DNA of 47,728 nucleotides from a virus (lineage: Duplodnaviria > Caudoviricetes), in IMG/VR virus record IMGVR_UViG_3300030043_000013, positions 1-47,728 of that record; one strand, 5' to 3'. Positions 35,526 through 45,233 of the stretch are shown in pieces. Within the stretch, counting starts at the first letter, position 1; each line of letters opens with the position of its first letter. Both the position numbers and the translations under genes were made by a program. A model generated the notes under the pieces. That model was not told where the DNA came from, did no database searches, and saw only the letters and a list, made by a program, of their open reading frames with translations.

Positions 35526-36620
35526 TCATTCCGTTATCTTCCCTTTGTTCGTGAAAGTCAAGTTCTTGTCTTCTGAATTGGCCCAGTCTACTTTGATTCT
35601 GTCGCCGTGCTCTGCCTGCTTGCTGGCGATGATAGAAGCCATTGGGAAGCCAACGAAGCGGTCAATGGCGCGATTCAACTCTCGCGCTCCATACAGTTCC
35701 GAAGTGCCTTCCTTCAATAGAAATTCTTTGGCTGTATCCGTGAGCTTGAATCGGATGCTCAGAGATGGCGGCATCTTGGCCCCCGGCTCCAACTTGAAGT
35801 CGCGATACGGTGCGGACCAGATGCGCCATTGCAACTCTTCCAATTCCTTGGCCATGATAATCATCAGTGAATCCCGCTCAAGCGGACGGAACACAATGGT
35901 ACTATCTAGGCGGTTCATAAATTCTGGGCGAAACTTTTTCTTCGCCGCTTCCTTCGCAGAGCGGTACAAACGGTCATCTGATTCTTTCTTCTCCGCGACA
36001 GAACGAGTGAATCCGATGCCCGCACCCTCCGCCGCGTTTGCCATTTCTTTCGAGCCCAGGTTCGTGGTCAGGAAAATAAATGAATTACTGAAGTCGACAC
36101 TCTTGTTGTTGTTCAGCGTCAATCGACCATCGCCCAGAATCGTTAAAATGCCGTCGTGCAAGCGCATGTGAGATTTCTCGATTTCATCGAAGAGAAGAAT
36201 ATTCACTTTCGATTTGGTTGTTTGATATTTGTCAATGTTTTTCTGCGACAACAGCGGTTCAATGTCGCTGCCCACGTACGACGGCGGCGCGCCCAGCAAT
36301 TTCAACACCTCGTGCGATTCCCCATACTCCGCGCAGTCGACACGCGTGATTGCATCGCGGCTCCCCAACAGCTTATGGGCAAAAACCCGTACAGTTTCGG
36401 TCTTGCCCACGCCTGTCGGCCCCATGAATAGAAACACGCCCAGGGGACGGCCAGGACGATGCATGTTTACCGTCATCGGAACATACGCCTTTACAATTCG
36501 TTTGATGGCGCGTTCCTGTCCTATGACGTTCGCAATGAGGCTGTTTTGTAGCGCCTCCACCTCTGGCGACAGTTTCTTGATGTCCATCACCGTATCAGTC
36601 ATTGGGCCTTCCCAGGTCAT
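35526..36620 (-). CDS. AAA+ ATPase, stand-alone ClpB/ClpC NBD2-like
   Basis: VIGQERA, GPTGVGKT, LLFDEIEK, FRPEFMNRLD, YGARELNR. Confidence 0.9.
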   Translation of the reverse strand: MTWEGPMTDTVMDIKKLSPEVEALQNSLIANVIGQERAIKRIVKAYVPMTVNMHRPGRPLGVFLFMGPTGVGKTETVRVFAHKLLGSRDAITRVDCAEYGESHEVLKLLGAPPSYVGSDIEPLLSQKNIDKYQTTKSKVNILLFDEIEKSHMRLHDGILTILGDGRLTLNNNKSVDFSNSFIFLTTNLGSKEMANAAEGAGIGFTRSVAEKKESDDRLYRSAKEAAKKKFRPEFMNRLDSTIVFRPLERDSLMIIMAKELEELQWRIWSAPYRDFKLEPGAKMPPSLSIRFKLTDTAKEFLLKEGTSELYGARELNRAIDRFVGFPMASIIASKQAEHGDRIKVDWANSEDKNLTFTNKGKITE

Positions 36621-37108
36621 AGAGAGTCGTCGGTCTGTTTCGTTTCTGCAATCGCTTCTGCCACAGACGGTGCGGCGACCGGGGCGAGTGTCGGAGGTTG
36701 CGGCTTCTCCTCTGGGTTACGAATTTCGTACTTGATGAACTTCTGAGCCTCTTCGGGCAGGTTCATGCTGAACGAATCTTCCTTGACAGGAACGTTCGCC
36801 ATGATGTACTGCACAATATAGTTCTCGAATGGCACGGTCATGAGTTGGACTGTTGAGAGCCCGGCTCCCGGCCCGCGCAGCGCTGGGTTTTCAGACACTC
36901 CGGTCAGCGGTGTGCGCCCATCCAAACTGTAACGCCCGGCCCCCATAGGGACCAAGACCCCCTCTTCTTTGTATTCGAAGTTGGCCAGCTTCTGCTCTGC
37001 CGCGAGAACTGATGGCGCAGCGAGAATGCTGGAGGCACGGCCCCACTTCAATTCCACCGTGTTGAGCACGAAAAGTTCTCCATCTAATGTCTTAAACTGA
37101 TAGACCAT
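36617..37108 (-). CDS. Hypothetical protein coupled to the AAA+ gene
   Basis: ATGA overlap with 36620. Confidence 0.6.
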   Translation of the reverse strand: MVYQFKTLDGELFVLNTVELKWGRASSILAAPSVLAAEQKLANFEYKEEGVLVPMGAGRYSLDGRTPLTGVSENPALRGPGAGLSTVQLMTVPFENYIVQYIMANVPVKEDSFSMNLPEEAQKFIKYEIRNPEEKPQPPTLAPVAAPSVAEAIAETKQTDDSL

Positions 37109-37109
37109 G

Positions 37110-37676
37110 TTATGCCCGGCTCCCTGGTTTTGCGTGTCCGCGATTGATTCGACGGCTCACGTCTTGCTGTTTCTTTTGTGCCCGAACTTTGAGCGCGGCC
37201 AACCACAGATAGTGCATGCGCGCAAACTTCGGAATTTCCGTCAGCGTCGGCGCTTTGACGTGAGGATAAAACTTCTGATATTCTTTGACAGCCAGAGCCA
37301 GCAACTCTGGGTTGTGTTGCAACAGCGCAACGTGCTGGGCAATGAAACGGGTTCGGGTCTGACCATGACGCTTGTGCATGACGCGGCGCAGCATTGGCTT
37401 TCCAAACATCTCCTCGTTCACTCGCTCTGGCACTTCGAACTGGTGGAAGCCCTTCTCTGGCGTCCAGGTGCGCTGGGTGGTCGCGTAGCGCACGTTAGCG
37501 CACTTGGGACCAATCAGACGATGGCGACGACCGCAGCCACCGCAACGATGCATCTTGCCCAAGTCTGGACGGCGCTCAGAGAAACTTCCGGTGAGCTGGA
37601 TATTTTCGACGTACTTCTGAAGCAGGACTGCGCTGCTTAGGTCTTTTGCGACTAGCTGGTCAACTGTTACTGTCAT
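37110..37676 (-). CDS. Hypothetical basic protein with CxxC
   Basis: ATG 37676 after GGAG; CGGC. Confidence 0.55.
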   Translation of the reverse strand: MTVTVDQLVAKDLSSAVLLQKYVENIQLTGSFSERRPDLGKMHRCGGCGRRHRLIGPKCANVRYATTQRTWTPEKGFHQFEVPERVNEEMFGKPMLRRVMHKRHGQTRTRFIAQHVALLQHNPELLALAVKEYQKFYPHVKAPTLTEIPKFARMHYLWLAALKVRAQKKQQDVSRRINRGHAKPGSRA

Positions 37677-37832
37677 TTTTTCTCCAATACGTCGCGGATA
37701 TCCATGACGTAATACATCAGCCCGGCGCACATTCCCGCAATGCAACGAATCGCCTCTTCCTGGCGGTCAGCAAGGTGAAACCATATTGAAATGTAAAGCG
37801 CAGCGCTTATAAGTAACCACACGTATTTCATT

Positions 37833-38402
37833 TTAGTTCATCCTCGCAATTTGTAAAACTTTGTCTGCGTACAAGTCCGCTTGGTCGGAGCCTGGCGTAA
37901 TTCCAAAGTATCTTCGAAGCCCTTCCCTATTACTCCCGCCTTCACGAACATAGCGGGCAAGGATAAGTGTGCCAACTTCTACGTTCCGCGTCGGATTCAA
38001 CAACTCCGTCCGCGAATATGTCCGCCAAGTGTGACGGTCTATTTGTAAAAGCCCGATGGCCCCATCTTTGGACACAATGGAAGCGCGGCAAGAAGATTCT
38101 GCCACAATCGTTGCAGCCACGAGGCGCGGAGAGATGCGGTTCTTACGTGCATAAAACCCTGCTCGTAAAGCCAAGTCTCTCCCATTTGCGCACCCAAAAC
38201 TTGCAAACACTTTTCCTGCTGCGCTGGCGTCATATTCAATTTGCTTAGTTTCATTCTCGGCATCTTCCCACTTCCTCACTTGCGTTTCGTCCGCAACCCG
38301 TCCATTGGATGGAATCGACACGGGCGCGTTAGCCCATTGCCACACCAGCATGCCGACGCCTACGACGGCCAATGGTATCCCGAGTTGCAAAGGGTTTCTC
38401 AT
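37833..38402 (-). CDS. Membrane-anchored SLT lytic transglycosylase
   Basis: IVAESS, GAIGLLQI, NVEVGTLILARY. Confidence 0.85.
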   Translation of the reverse strand: MRNPLQLGIPLAVVGVGMLVWQWANAPVSIPSNGRVADETQVRKWEDAENETKQIEYDASAAGKVFASFGCANGRDLALRAGFYARKNRISPRLVAATIVAESSCRASIVSKDGAIGLLQIDRHTWRTYSRTELLNPTRNVEVGTLILARYVREGGSNREGLRRYFGITPGSDQADLYADKVLQIARMN

Positions 38403-38683
38403 AGTTGCACTGTCGTACAACTTCTAAATTTACAGCCCGAATACAGGGCGTGGTGAGTTAATTACATCTTCCCAAATGTCAGGGACCGAATTCTTGATTA
38501 CGCCCAGGGTCGGGCTGCGCGCATCCACGATTCCGTGAGAGAACAGATTCCAGAGTGCAAGGCGACCCAACTTGATGATGGGAGTGCCGCGAAAATCCTC
38601 CCTCAGTTCCGTGACAGTCGGCTTACCCGGCGTGTGGTACGTCTGTTTCTGGCGTCGCATTAAAGCCTCCCAAGCATCTTTAC

Positions 38684-38712
38684 ACTATACCAAATTCCAA
38701 CGCGTTTGTCAA
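38684..38712 (-). promoter_or_regulatory. sigma70 promoter abutting cassette 3
   Basis: TTGACA-17nt-TATAGT with extended TG. Confidence 0.8.
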
Positions 38713-38720
38713 GGACTAAG

Positions 38721-38921
38721 TCAGGGAATTATATAGTTAATTCCCTCGCCCCTTATTAAGTCGTTTCTTTCTGCGAATCCGTCGCTTGGTCGCTCTTTGC
38801 CTTTGCACTCAGGACAGATAACACCATCTTTCCAGAGTCGCCCTTCCAGATACTTGCGAGCAGACGGTTCGTCTGGGAACAGTTCAAAGAGTTTGAAGGT
38901 GCTGATAGTTGAGCGGCTCAT
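38721..38921 (-). pseudogene. Internally deleted IS1595-family transposase (N-terminal Zn-ribbon only)
   Basis: MSRSTISTFKLFELFPDEPSARKYLEGRLWKDGVICPEC then jumps to the element end; no DDE domain. Confidence 0.8.
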
Positions 38922-39564
38922 ACTCGCCTCCGAAATATGAATAATCCCGCCAAGAATCCCGCAACTAAGCAGCCAGCGAAAAATAGCAGATAGATTGTTG
39001 TGTCGCTCATTTTTGCACCAGTGTCACGAATTTGCCGCTGGGTTTGTATTGCGCTACGTGAAACCATCCGCCGTCATATTTGATGCGAAACCTTACTTGC
39101 ATCACGGCCTCGCGCTCTGAACGGTAGGCGTTAACGAGGTTTGGCTTGCCAAATTGAGTGCGACTCCAAAACACCACGTATACCGAGAGTTTTTTACGCT
39201 TCATTGACGTTCACCGTAATCGTTACGTCTACTTCATTCTCAGATTCTTTGCTGTTCCGCAACTCTTGGTTAAGATTGGCTGCAATGCGCTTGGCTTCCT
39301 TCTTGGTAGCGATGCCCTCAATCTTTGGCCCGGCGTATTCATTGCCGTCCTTGGCAATGCCGACGCTTGCGACAATCCATCCGCCACGTGCTTTGCCGTT
39401 GCTTGTGACCCAGAATCGTATCATGTGTGTTACCTCCATGCTTCACATTGTACATAACTACCTCAAGGGAGTCAAGTACACTCTGCGAAACAGGCAAAAT
39501 AGTTAACGCAAACAAAGCACTTAAAGTCTCATGTTTTGTTGCGGTAGTTATCTATATAATTCCC
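38724..39564 (-). mobile_element. Non-autonomous IS1595-type cassette 3 (841 bp)
   Basis: TIR GGGAATTATATA; 8-bp TSD CTAAGTCA (38716-38723, 39565-39572); internal promoter 39447-39475; cargo ORFs 39194-39439 and 39007-39204 plus transposase stub. Confidence 0.9.
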
Positions 39565-39961
39565 CTAAGTCAGGTCCAACTCATTCAGACTGTCGAGCAT
39601 TTCCTGCTCGCTGGTTTCCGGGGCTTCGAAGAAGTCGATGCCGCTATCTTCGTAATTTGGCTTGTCAACGTCGATTAGGTCCACGCTATACTGCGGGCGA
39701 TTCGCGCGATTCGGCGGCGCTCCGCTACATACTGGGCAAAGGAATCCCCATTCTGGCTTCAGCAAATTTGACGGGTGCGCCGAAGTATGCGCGCACTGTA
39801 CGAGCCCTTCTGGTCCCTTGCTCTTTCCGATGCAGCGATATTCGCTCACTTGGTCTCCGATACAACAGGGATGACTTCTGCCGCTTCCTTGCGCACTTCC
39901 TCGAATATCTTGCGTGCCAGTTCTCTACGCTGTCCGCTGGTTCGAGTCTCCGAGTATTTCA

Positions 39962-40654
39962 TTAGAAATTATCCAAAACGTACAAATTTTTGTCTATAAC
40001 AAGATACAAAGTTGAATCGGGTGTGTGTCCCTTGAATATAATTTGGTTCAATCTGCGGTCAATAATCATGCGATTAACCCATTTCGTAAAAGAGTTACCC
40101 AAGAGGAATCCAAAATTATTACCACCGAAAGATACTGTAGTTTTTTGACAAAGCCAAACATTTGTTTCGACCACAACACACACAGGTAATTCGTTCTGTA
40201 TGACCCTAACTTCGTTGCCGCTGGCGGTTGTGGCTGTAATAGTCTCCGCCCCTTTCATTTCATCTGTGGTCGGTAAATCGTTAATCAACACTCCAGAAGA
40301 CCCAGTGTCCAACAATGCCGCATTGGGCGGTCTAAAGTCCACCGAAGTTTGAACATACACACTTCCGTTTTCACTAACGCTAAAAGGAATGGCTATATCA
40401 TACCCTTTCATGTTACAGTGACCTAGTCCGTCTTTGGTCGAAGCCGGGGTGCAAATATCTTTATACGTTTTTCCGACTTCCGCAGGTTCGTGACTTATAG
40501 GCACGCAAACATTTCGCTCATCTCGTTGCTGTCCAGGGGTGCAGTTTTGGGTGCGCAGAGTAGGGTGTTCTGTGTTCATTGGACGGCTCTGTGCTTGCGC
40601 GGACAATGCGCAAATCAAAAGTGCGAATATCGCTCCTGCTAGAATCATCTTCAT
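39962..40654 (-). CDS. Secreted retropepsin-like aspartyl protease
   Basis: Signal peptide, ALLDTGSS, LLGNSF. Confidence 0.7.
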   Translation of the reverse strand: MKMILAGAIFALLICALSAQAQSRPMNTEHPTLRTQNCTPGQQRDERNVCVPISHEPAEVGKTYKDICTPASTKDGLGHCNMKGYDIAIPFSVSENGSVYVQTSVDFRPPNAALLDTGSSGVLINDLPTTDEMKGAETITATTASGNEVRVIQNELPVCVVVETNVWLCQKTTVSFGGNNFGFLLGNSFTKWVNRMIIDRRLNQIIFKGHTPDSTLYLVIDKNLYVLDNF

Positions 40655-40655
40655 T

Positions 40656-41012
40656 TCAGTCTCCTCCAAACTGTGGCCTGCGGTTTCCGTGCGCGCCGTC
40701 AGGTCCAATATGACAATTTGAACATAAAATTTCAGAGTTGTCAAGCGAAATGTTTCCGCCCTGTCCGCGATGCACCCTCTCGTGCATGTGAGCCTGTTCC
40801 TCAGTTACAATCTTGTTGCACTGAAGGCAGCGCCCGCCTTGGGCAAGGAATAAGCGACGCCGTATGGCACCAATCGCTTCCGCCTTATCCATCTCTACCA
40901 ATTCCATCATGGACGGGTACATGGTAAGCGCTCGAATGGCTTCCGATTGTCGCTTGAAAACTTCAAGCGGACGAAAGCTGGCGTCAACAAGAACCCAAGC
41001 CTTCTCGCTCAT
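40656..41012 (-). CDS. HNH endonuclease
   Basis: GRCLQC..HMHE..GGN..NSEILCSNCH. Confidence 0.85.
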   Translation of the reverse strand: MSEKAWVLVDASFRPLEVFKRQSEAIRALTMYPSMMELVEMDKAEAIGAIRRRLFLAQGGRCLQCNKIVTEEQAHMHERVHRGQGGNISLDNSEILCSNCHIGPDGAHGNRRPQFGGD

Positions 41013-41668
41013 TCGATTTCACCCTCGATTGCCAGCGCAGCGTGGTCCGCCAAATAAGCCATGCAAAGTTTCAGCATGATGTCTTTGCGCTGGGCGTATT
41101 CCTTGATGTCGCTGGGAGTCACGGGGTCCGTATGACGCGCCGCCGAAATTGCGGAGTTGATGACTTCGCGCTCGTTGTCGTCCACAAGGAATTCGAACTC
41201 CAAGTCCATCCACGAACTCTGGTCAGGCTCCATGATTGCGCCAGCTTCGAACAGAAGCTTCTTCAGTTCCTTGACCGACACCTTGGGGTCCAGAGCCGCA
41301 GCCAGCGAGGCGGGAGTGATAGCCTGCTCGTTACCCTGCTTCGCTTTAGTGAGCACCATCGCTTTAGAGATTCCCATCTTCGAAAGTTCATCGGTCGTGA
41401 CATCATTCTCCAAGACACGGGCAGATGATAGGTAATTGTAAAGTTGCGCGCGCCCAATGTTGTGCGTGCTCTTCAGGTGTTCGATGTACTGACCGAACGA
41501 TTCGTACGAGCCGCGCCAGTACTGCTGGTCCGCGACTTCGCGCAAGCCGACCGCAAGTTGGCCGTAGCCAACCTCCAGCATCGATTCTGCCGCGCCCAAC
41601 TTCGATGCCAGTTCTTCTACTTCCTGAAGTTTGGCCTGCGCCGTCATGTTCATCAGTGCTTCACTCAT
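41009..41668 (-). CDS. Hypothetical protein
   Basis: 219-aa ORF coupled to the primase-helicase gene. Confidence 0.6.
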   Translation of the reverse strand: MSEALMNMTAQAKLQEVEELASKLGAAESMLEVGYGQLAVGLREVADQQYWRGSYESFGQYIEHLKSTHNIGRAQLYNYLSSARVLENDVTTDELSKMGISKAMVLTKAKQGNEQAITPASLAAALDPKVSVKELKKLLFEAGAIMEPDQSSWMDLEFEFLVDDNEREVINSAISAARHTDPVTPSDIKEYAQRKDIMLKLCMAYLADHAALAIEGEIE

Positions 41669-43580
41669 GATGTTCGTTCTCCTGTGGAGAGTATGGGTAA
41701 AACCGCCCTACGTTGCCGACAAAAATCTGACGGCACGATGCCTTGCCCGGCCCTTTGGTTCTTGATTTCATGCAGCGAATATCGGTGATGGCTTCGAGAT
41801 TGTCGTCAATCGCGTCCGCTGGGTTCGAAGCATCCATGCGTTTAATTGCGCGGTTGATGTGATAGACGGCGTTCGCATCAGACGTAAAAGTTTCGCTTCC
41901 CTTCGCATCTGAGCCCTCAGCGACTCGCCCTCTGGCTCCGGCTTGTTCTTTACGCGACTGTCCCACGACGACAAAAATAACCTGAAGTTTGACCGCCATA
42001 TTTTTGATTCTCTGCATCGCATCTGCTTGTGCCTTGATATCATCGCGTTCTCCTCGTGTAAGGAAATGCAAATGGTCCAGCACTACGATGTTCGCGCCCA
42101 GTCTGCGAATGGCCCACTCGATACTGTCCAGCACCTTACCGATGCGGTCAAGGTCAGGATTATATCCGATGTAAAATTTCGCATTGACTGCTTGCAATAT
42201 TCTACCCGCCATCTTACGGTCTTCCGAGTCCAATGTCAAGCGGTCTTTATCAAGCAGGTTCGCGGCAGCCAATGTGCGGAATTCATCGGGCGACAATTCT
42301 GCGGAGTAGTTTAGCACCACACTGCCGTGCAACAAAACTTCGTCCAGTTCAATTTGGTCCAGCACCCAGGTAGTTTTGCCTGAGCCCGTGTGCTTCGCAT
42401 AGAGACTGACTACAGAACCGGGCAAGATAACGGCCATATTATCAACCGCAGGGTCGCGGAAGTGCAGACGGCGCGGATTATCCATCGGCTTGGTGTTGTC
42501 GTCACCTGTCATCAAAACTTCTGCCAAGTCGTAATAGTCCGGCACAGGTTGCGCCAATGCTTTTTGTTTTAGATCTTCGACCAACGCTTGAAATTTTTCA
42601 GTGTCTCCATTGCAGTGTTTCGTCAGCGCGTCGTTGGCGTCTTTGATTCCTTCGGGCCAGTTCAAAATGTACACACGTTCGCGCAACTGATTCCACAATT
42701 TTTTCATGGCAGAAGTTCCTGCGGCGTCGTTGTCTCCTGCCAGAAAAATTCTGTTGGAGTGAACGAGAACATCCAGCTCCTGAGCGGAAGGCGTGTATTC
42801 AGAGCCAGGGTATCCTGCCGCGTTGTATCCTGCTTGCGCGAAAGCCCACACGTCGGGCTCACCTTCGACTACGAAAGAGTCGTCCATCGAAGAGATGTTC
42901 TGCATGTTGTAGAGCGACGATTCCATGTTGGGTCCGCGCATGATGCCGCTGATTGTCTTGCCAGTGGACTCGTCCAATTGTTTTTTCGCCACAAGAGAGC
43001 GGTACTTCAGGCACACGACCATGTCGTCTTTGATTGTGGGGATAACAATCCAGCCCTTGTCAACCCAAGGGTGTTTGGGCGCGATTGCTTCCAAGCTTTG
43101 AATGAATCCGACATTCAAGTCTACCGCAGTGTCGATGGAGATGCTGCGCGCATCAAGCCAAGCTGCCGCCTCCGCCGAATTGATAAGCGCGGCTTTCGGT
43201 TTTTCAAGAACGCTCACAGGGTAAATGTTAAATTTCTTAGCGGAAAGCACAGGAGAAAATGTGCTGTCTGCCAAAACCTTGCCTTCTTCCCATCCCACTA
43301 TAGACACCGCTTTATCAATCGCTTGGGCAAATGAAATTTTGTCTATATGTGCCAGCACTTGGAAAACGTTCCAAGTTTTTCCACAGGCTCCATGACAATG
43401 ACACAGCCACACACTCGCATCATTCCGAAAAATCTTGAACGAGGGAGTTTTTTCGTCGTGGAAGGGGCAGACGCATTCAAACTCCGCTCCATTTCTTTGG
43501 AGTTTTAATCTCTTACCCAAAATTTCTGCCGCGTTAATTTCCACTTTAAGTCGGTCAATTTGTTCTTTGGTGTAACTCAT
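41661..43580 (-). CDS. Bifunctional DNA primase-helicase (CHC2 Zn finger, TOPRIM, DnaB-like)
   Basis: CPFHDEKTPS, VEGEPD, DNDAAG, KDAND, TGSGKTT, VVLDHLH. Confidence 0.93.
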   Translation of the reverse strand: MSYTKEQIDRLKVEINAAEILGKRLKLQRNGAEFECVCPFHDEKTPSFKIFRNDASVWLCHCHGACGKTWNVFQVLAHIDKISFAQAIDKAVSIVGWEEGKVLADSTFSPVLSAKKFNIYPVSVLEKPKAALINSAEAAAWLDARSISIDTAVDLNVGFIQSLEAIAPKHPWVDKGWIVIPTIKDDMVVCLKYRSLVAKKQLDESTGKTISGIMRGPNMESSLYNMQNISSMDDSFVVEGEPDVWAFAQAGYNAAGYPGSEYTPSAQELDVLVHSNRIFLAGDNDAAGTSAMKKLWNQLRERVYILNWPEGIKDANDALTKHCNGDTEKFQALVEDLKQKALAQPVPDYYDLAEVLMTGDDNTKPMDNPRRLHFRDPAVDNMAVILPGSVVSLYAKHTGSGKTTWVLDQIELDEVLLHGSVVLNYSAELSPDEFRTLAAANLLDKDRLTLDSEDRKMAGRILQAVNAKFYIGYNPDLDRIGKVLDSIEWAIRRLGANIVVLDHLHFLTRGERDDIKAQADAMQRIKNMAVKLQVIFVVVGQSRKEQAGARGRVAEGSDAKGSETFTSDANAVYHINRAIKRMDASNPADAIDDNLEAITDIRCMKSRTKGPGKASCRQIFVGNVGRFYPYSPQENEHHE

Positions 43581-44100
43581 GATACCCCCTCAAGTAAGAC
43601 ACGGCTACAAGTAACAACTTTGGGTCATCTCCAAAATGACCTAGCCCTCTGTTACATTTGGCGCACAAAACGCCGCGAGTCTTTTTTGTCTTATGACAAT
43701 GGTCTATGTGCTGGGCCTTTCTGGTTAGAATAGGGGTTCCGCATATAGAACATTTGTAATCCTGAAGCAGTAAAATCCCAGCAAACTGTTCTGGAGTCCA
43801 TCCATATTTCAAAAGTCCGCTTTTGAATCTTGTTTTAGTTCTATGGATTTTAACTTTCTCAGGATTAGCTTTCTGCCACGTACGATTAGACTCATCGTGT
43901 TTCTTTTTGTTTTTCAAATATTTGGCGTACCTGCGTTCCCTGTCTTTTTGTCGAATTTGAGTCAGATTATCTCTCCTGTACGAATCGACTCTAGCTTTCA
44001 CACAGACAACACAATGCGAGCACAGACCATCTTTCTTCTGTGAGTCTTTGTTGAATCTTCCAGCGTTTCCACACTTTGTGCAGATTTTCATAAATTTCAC
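43555..44100 (-). CDS. Endonuclease VII-like homing endonuclease
   Basis: QDYKCSIC..HIDHCH..RGVLCAKCNRGLG; lower GC than neighbours. Confidence 0.88.
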   Translation of the reverse strand: MKFMKICTKCGNAGRFNKDSQKKDGLCSHCVVCVKARVDSYRRDNLTQIRQKDRERRYAKYLKNKKKHDESNRTWQKANPEKVKIHRTKTRFKSGLLKYGWTPEQFAGILLLQDYKCSICGTPILTRKAQHIDHCHKTKKTRGVLCAKCNRGLGHFGDDPKLLLVAVSYLRGYHELHQRTN

Positions 44101-44139
44101 CCCTTTATATTAGATGCTGTGAGGGGTCGATTTGGTTGC

Positions 44140-44772
44140 CTACTCTCCGAAAGGATTATCTTTCAGTTTTTCTGAATCTTCGTCTTGCGTGTTTACAGAT
44201 TCGAGAAGTTTTCGTTTAGACTCTGCCGCCGCTGCGTTACCTTTGGCGATGGCCGCGATTGTTTCTTCTGCTTGTTTCACCGCCGCAGCGTGTTTTTTCT
44301 GAATAGAGTAAATGATTCCGTCTGCGCCGCCATCACGGAAGAAATTTTTGATGGCAAATTTACGCTCGTAATCGTCCAATGGCTCGGCGTACGCTTTGAA
44401 CGCTTGCTCAATCAAATTCTGCTCATAATTCACCAGCAATTTCTTGATATCGTCCTGGTGCGGGGTGCGGTTGACCAAGTCGAACACAAAAGCAGAAATC
44501 TCCACGATGCGCGGGTCTTCTTTTTGGTCTTCTCCCGCAGATGTGTTTTTCAGTCTTCCGGCAGCGACTCGAATGTAAGAAGACACGGGATAATTTATGT
44601 CGCCGCCGCGCACTTCCTCCGCCCAAGATTCAAAATCCGCTTCGACCATCGCTTTTCCATATGCCGATGCCATCGATTCAATTTGAAAAATTTCTTGAGG
44701 TGAAAGTCTCTTGGGTCCAAACCATTCTAATTCCTTGCCCGCTGCTTTGAATAGCATATCTGTGATTCTCAT
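44140..44772 (-). CDS. Hypothetical replication-module protein
   Basis: ATGA-coupled to the DUF1376-like gene. Confidence 0.6.
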   Translation of the reverse strand: MRITDMLFKAAGKELEWFGPKRLSPQEIFQIESMASAYGKAMVEADFESWAEEVRGGDINYPVSSYIRVAAGRLKNTSAGEDQKEDPRIVEISAFVFDLVNRTPHQDDIKKLLVNYEQNLIEQAFKAYAEPLDDYERKFAIKNFFRDGGADGIIYSIQKKHAAAVKQAEETIAAIAKGNAAAAESKRKLLESVNTQDEDSEKLKDNPFGE

Positions 44773-45233
44773 GGTTTTTCCTTAATTGGCTTGACTTGGT
44801 TTTGGCTTGGTACGGCTTGGATTGGATTGGGCGAGCCGTTAGCTGTCGCTTTGGTCTCGCTGTAGCGAGGCTGTTGCGAAGCTGGCTTGTCGCTATAGCG
44901 AACTTCGTTCCCTTTTTTCCCTCTCAAAGCCGCGCTTAGTGACCTTTCTTCGGCAGCTCTCCATTCACTAAACAGTGTTGGGTTACGTCGGCGTGAACCC
45001 CATTCCGTTTCCGTTATTGGGAATTTCAACAATACTCTGTCAGATACCTGTGGAATTCTAGCGAGTCTGGCCAATAGAATTGGGTCATCAGGCAAGGTGC
45101 ATGCATCTCCCACCAGCCATGATTCGCATAGCAGAAGTATGTAAGACCCCACCTCTTCTGTGGTCATGGCCATGACATCCAGAGATTTCATAAAACGTAG
45201 CGCGTGAAAATCAAATCGAGTTAGGTCCGCCAT
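44769..45233 (-). CDS. DUF1376/YdaU-like replication protein
   Basis: MTTEEVGSYILLLCESW..LPDD..LARLAR. Confidence 0.75.
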   Translation of the reverse strand: MADLTRFDFHALRFMKSLDVMAMTTEEVGSYILLLCESWLVGDACTLPDDPILLARLARIPQVSDRVLLKFPITETEWGSRRRNPTLFSEWRAAEERSLSAALRGKKGNEVRYSDKPASQQPRYSETKATANGSPNPIQAVPSQNQVKPIKEKP

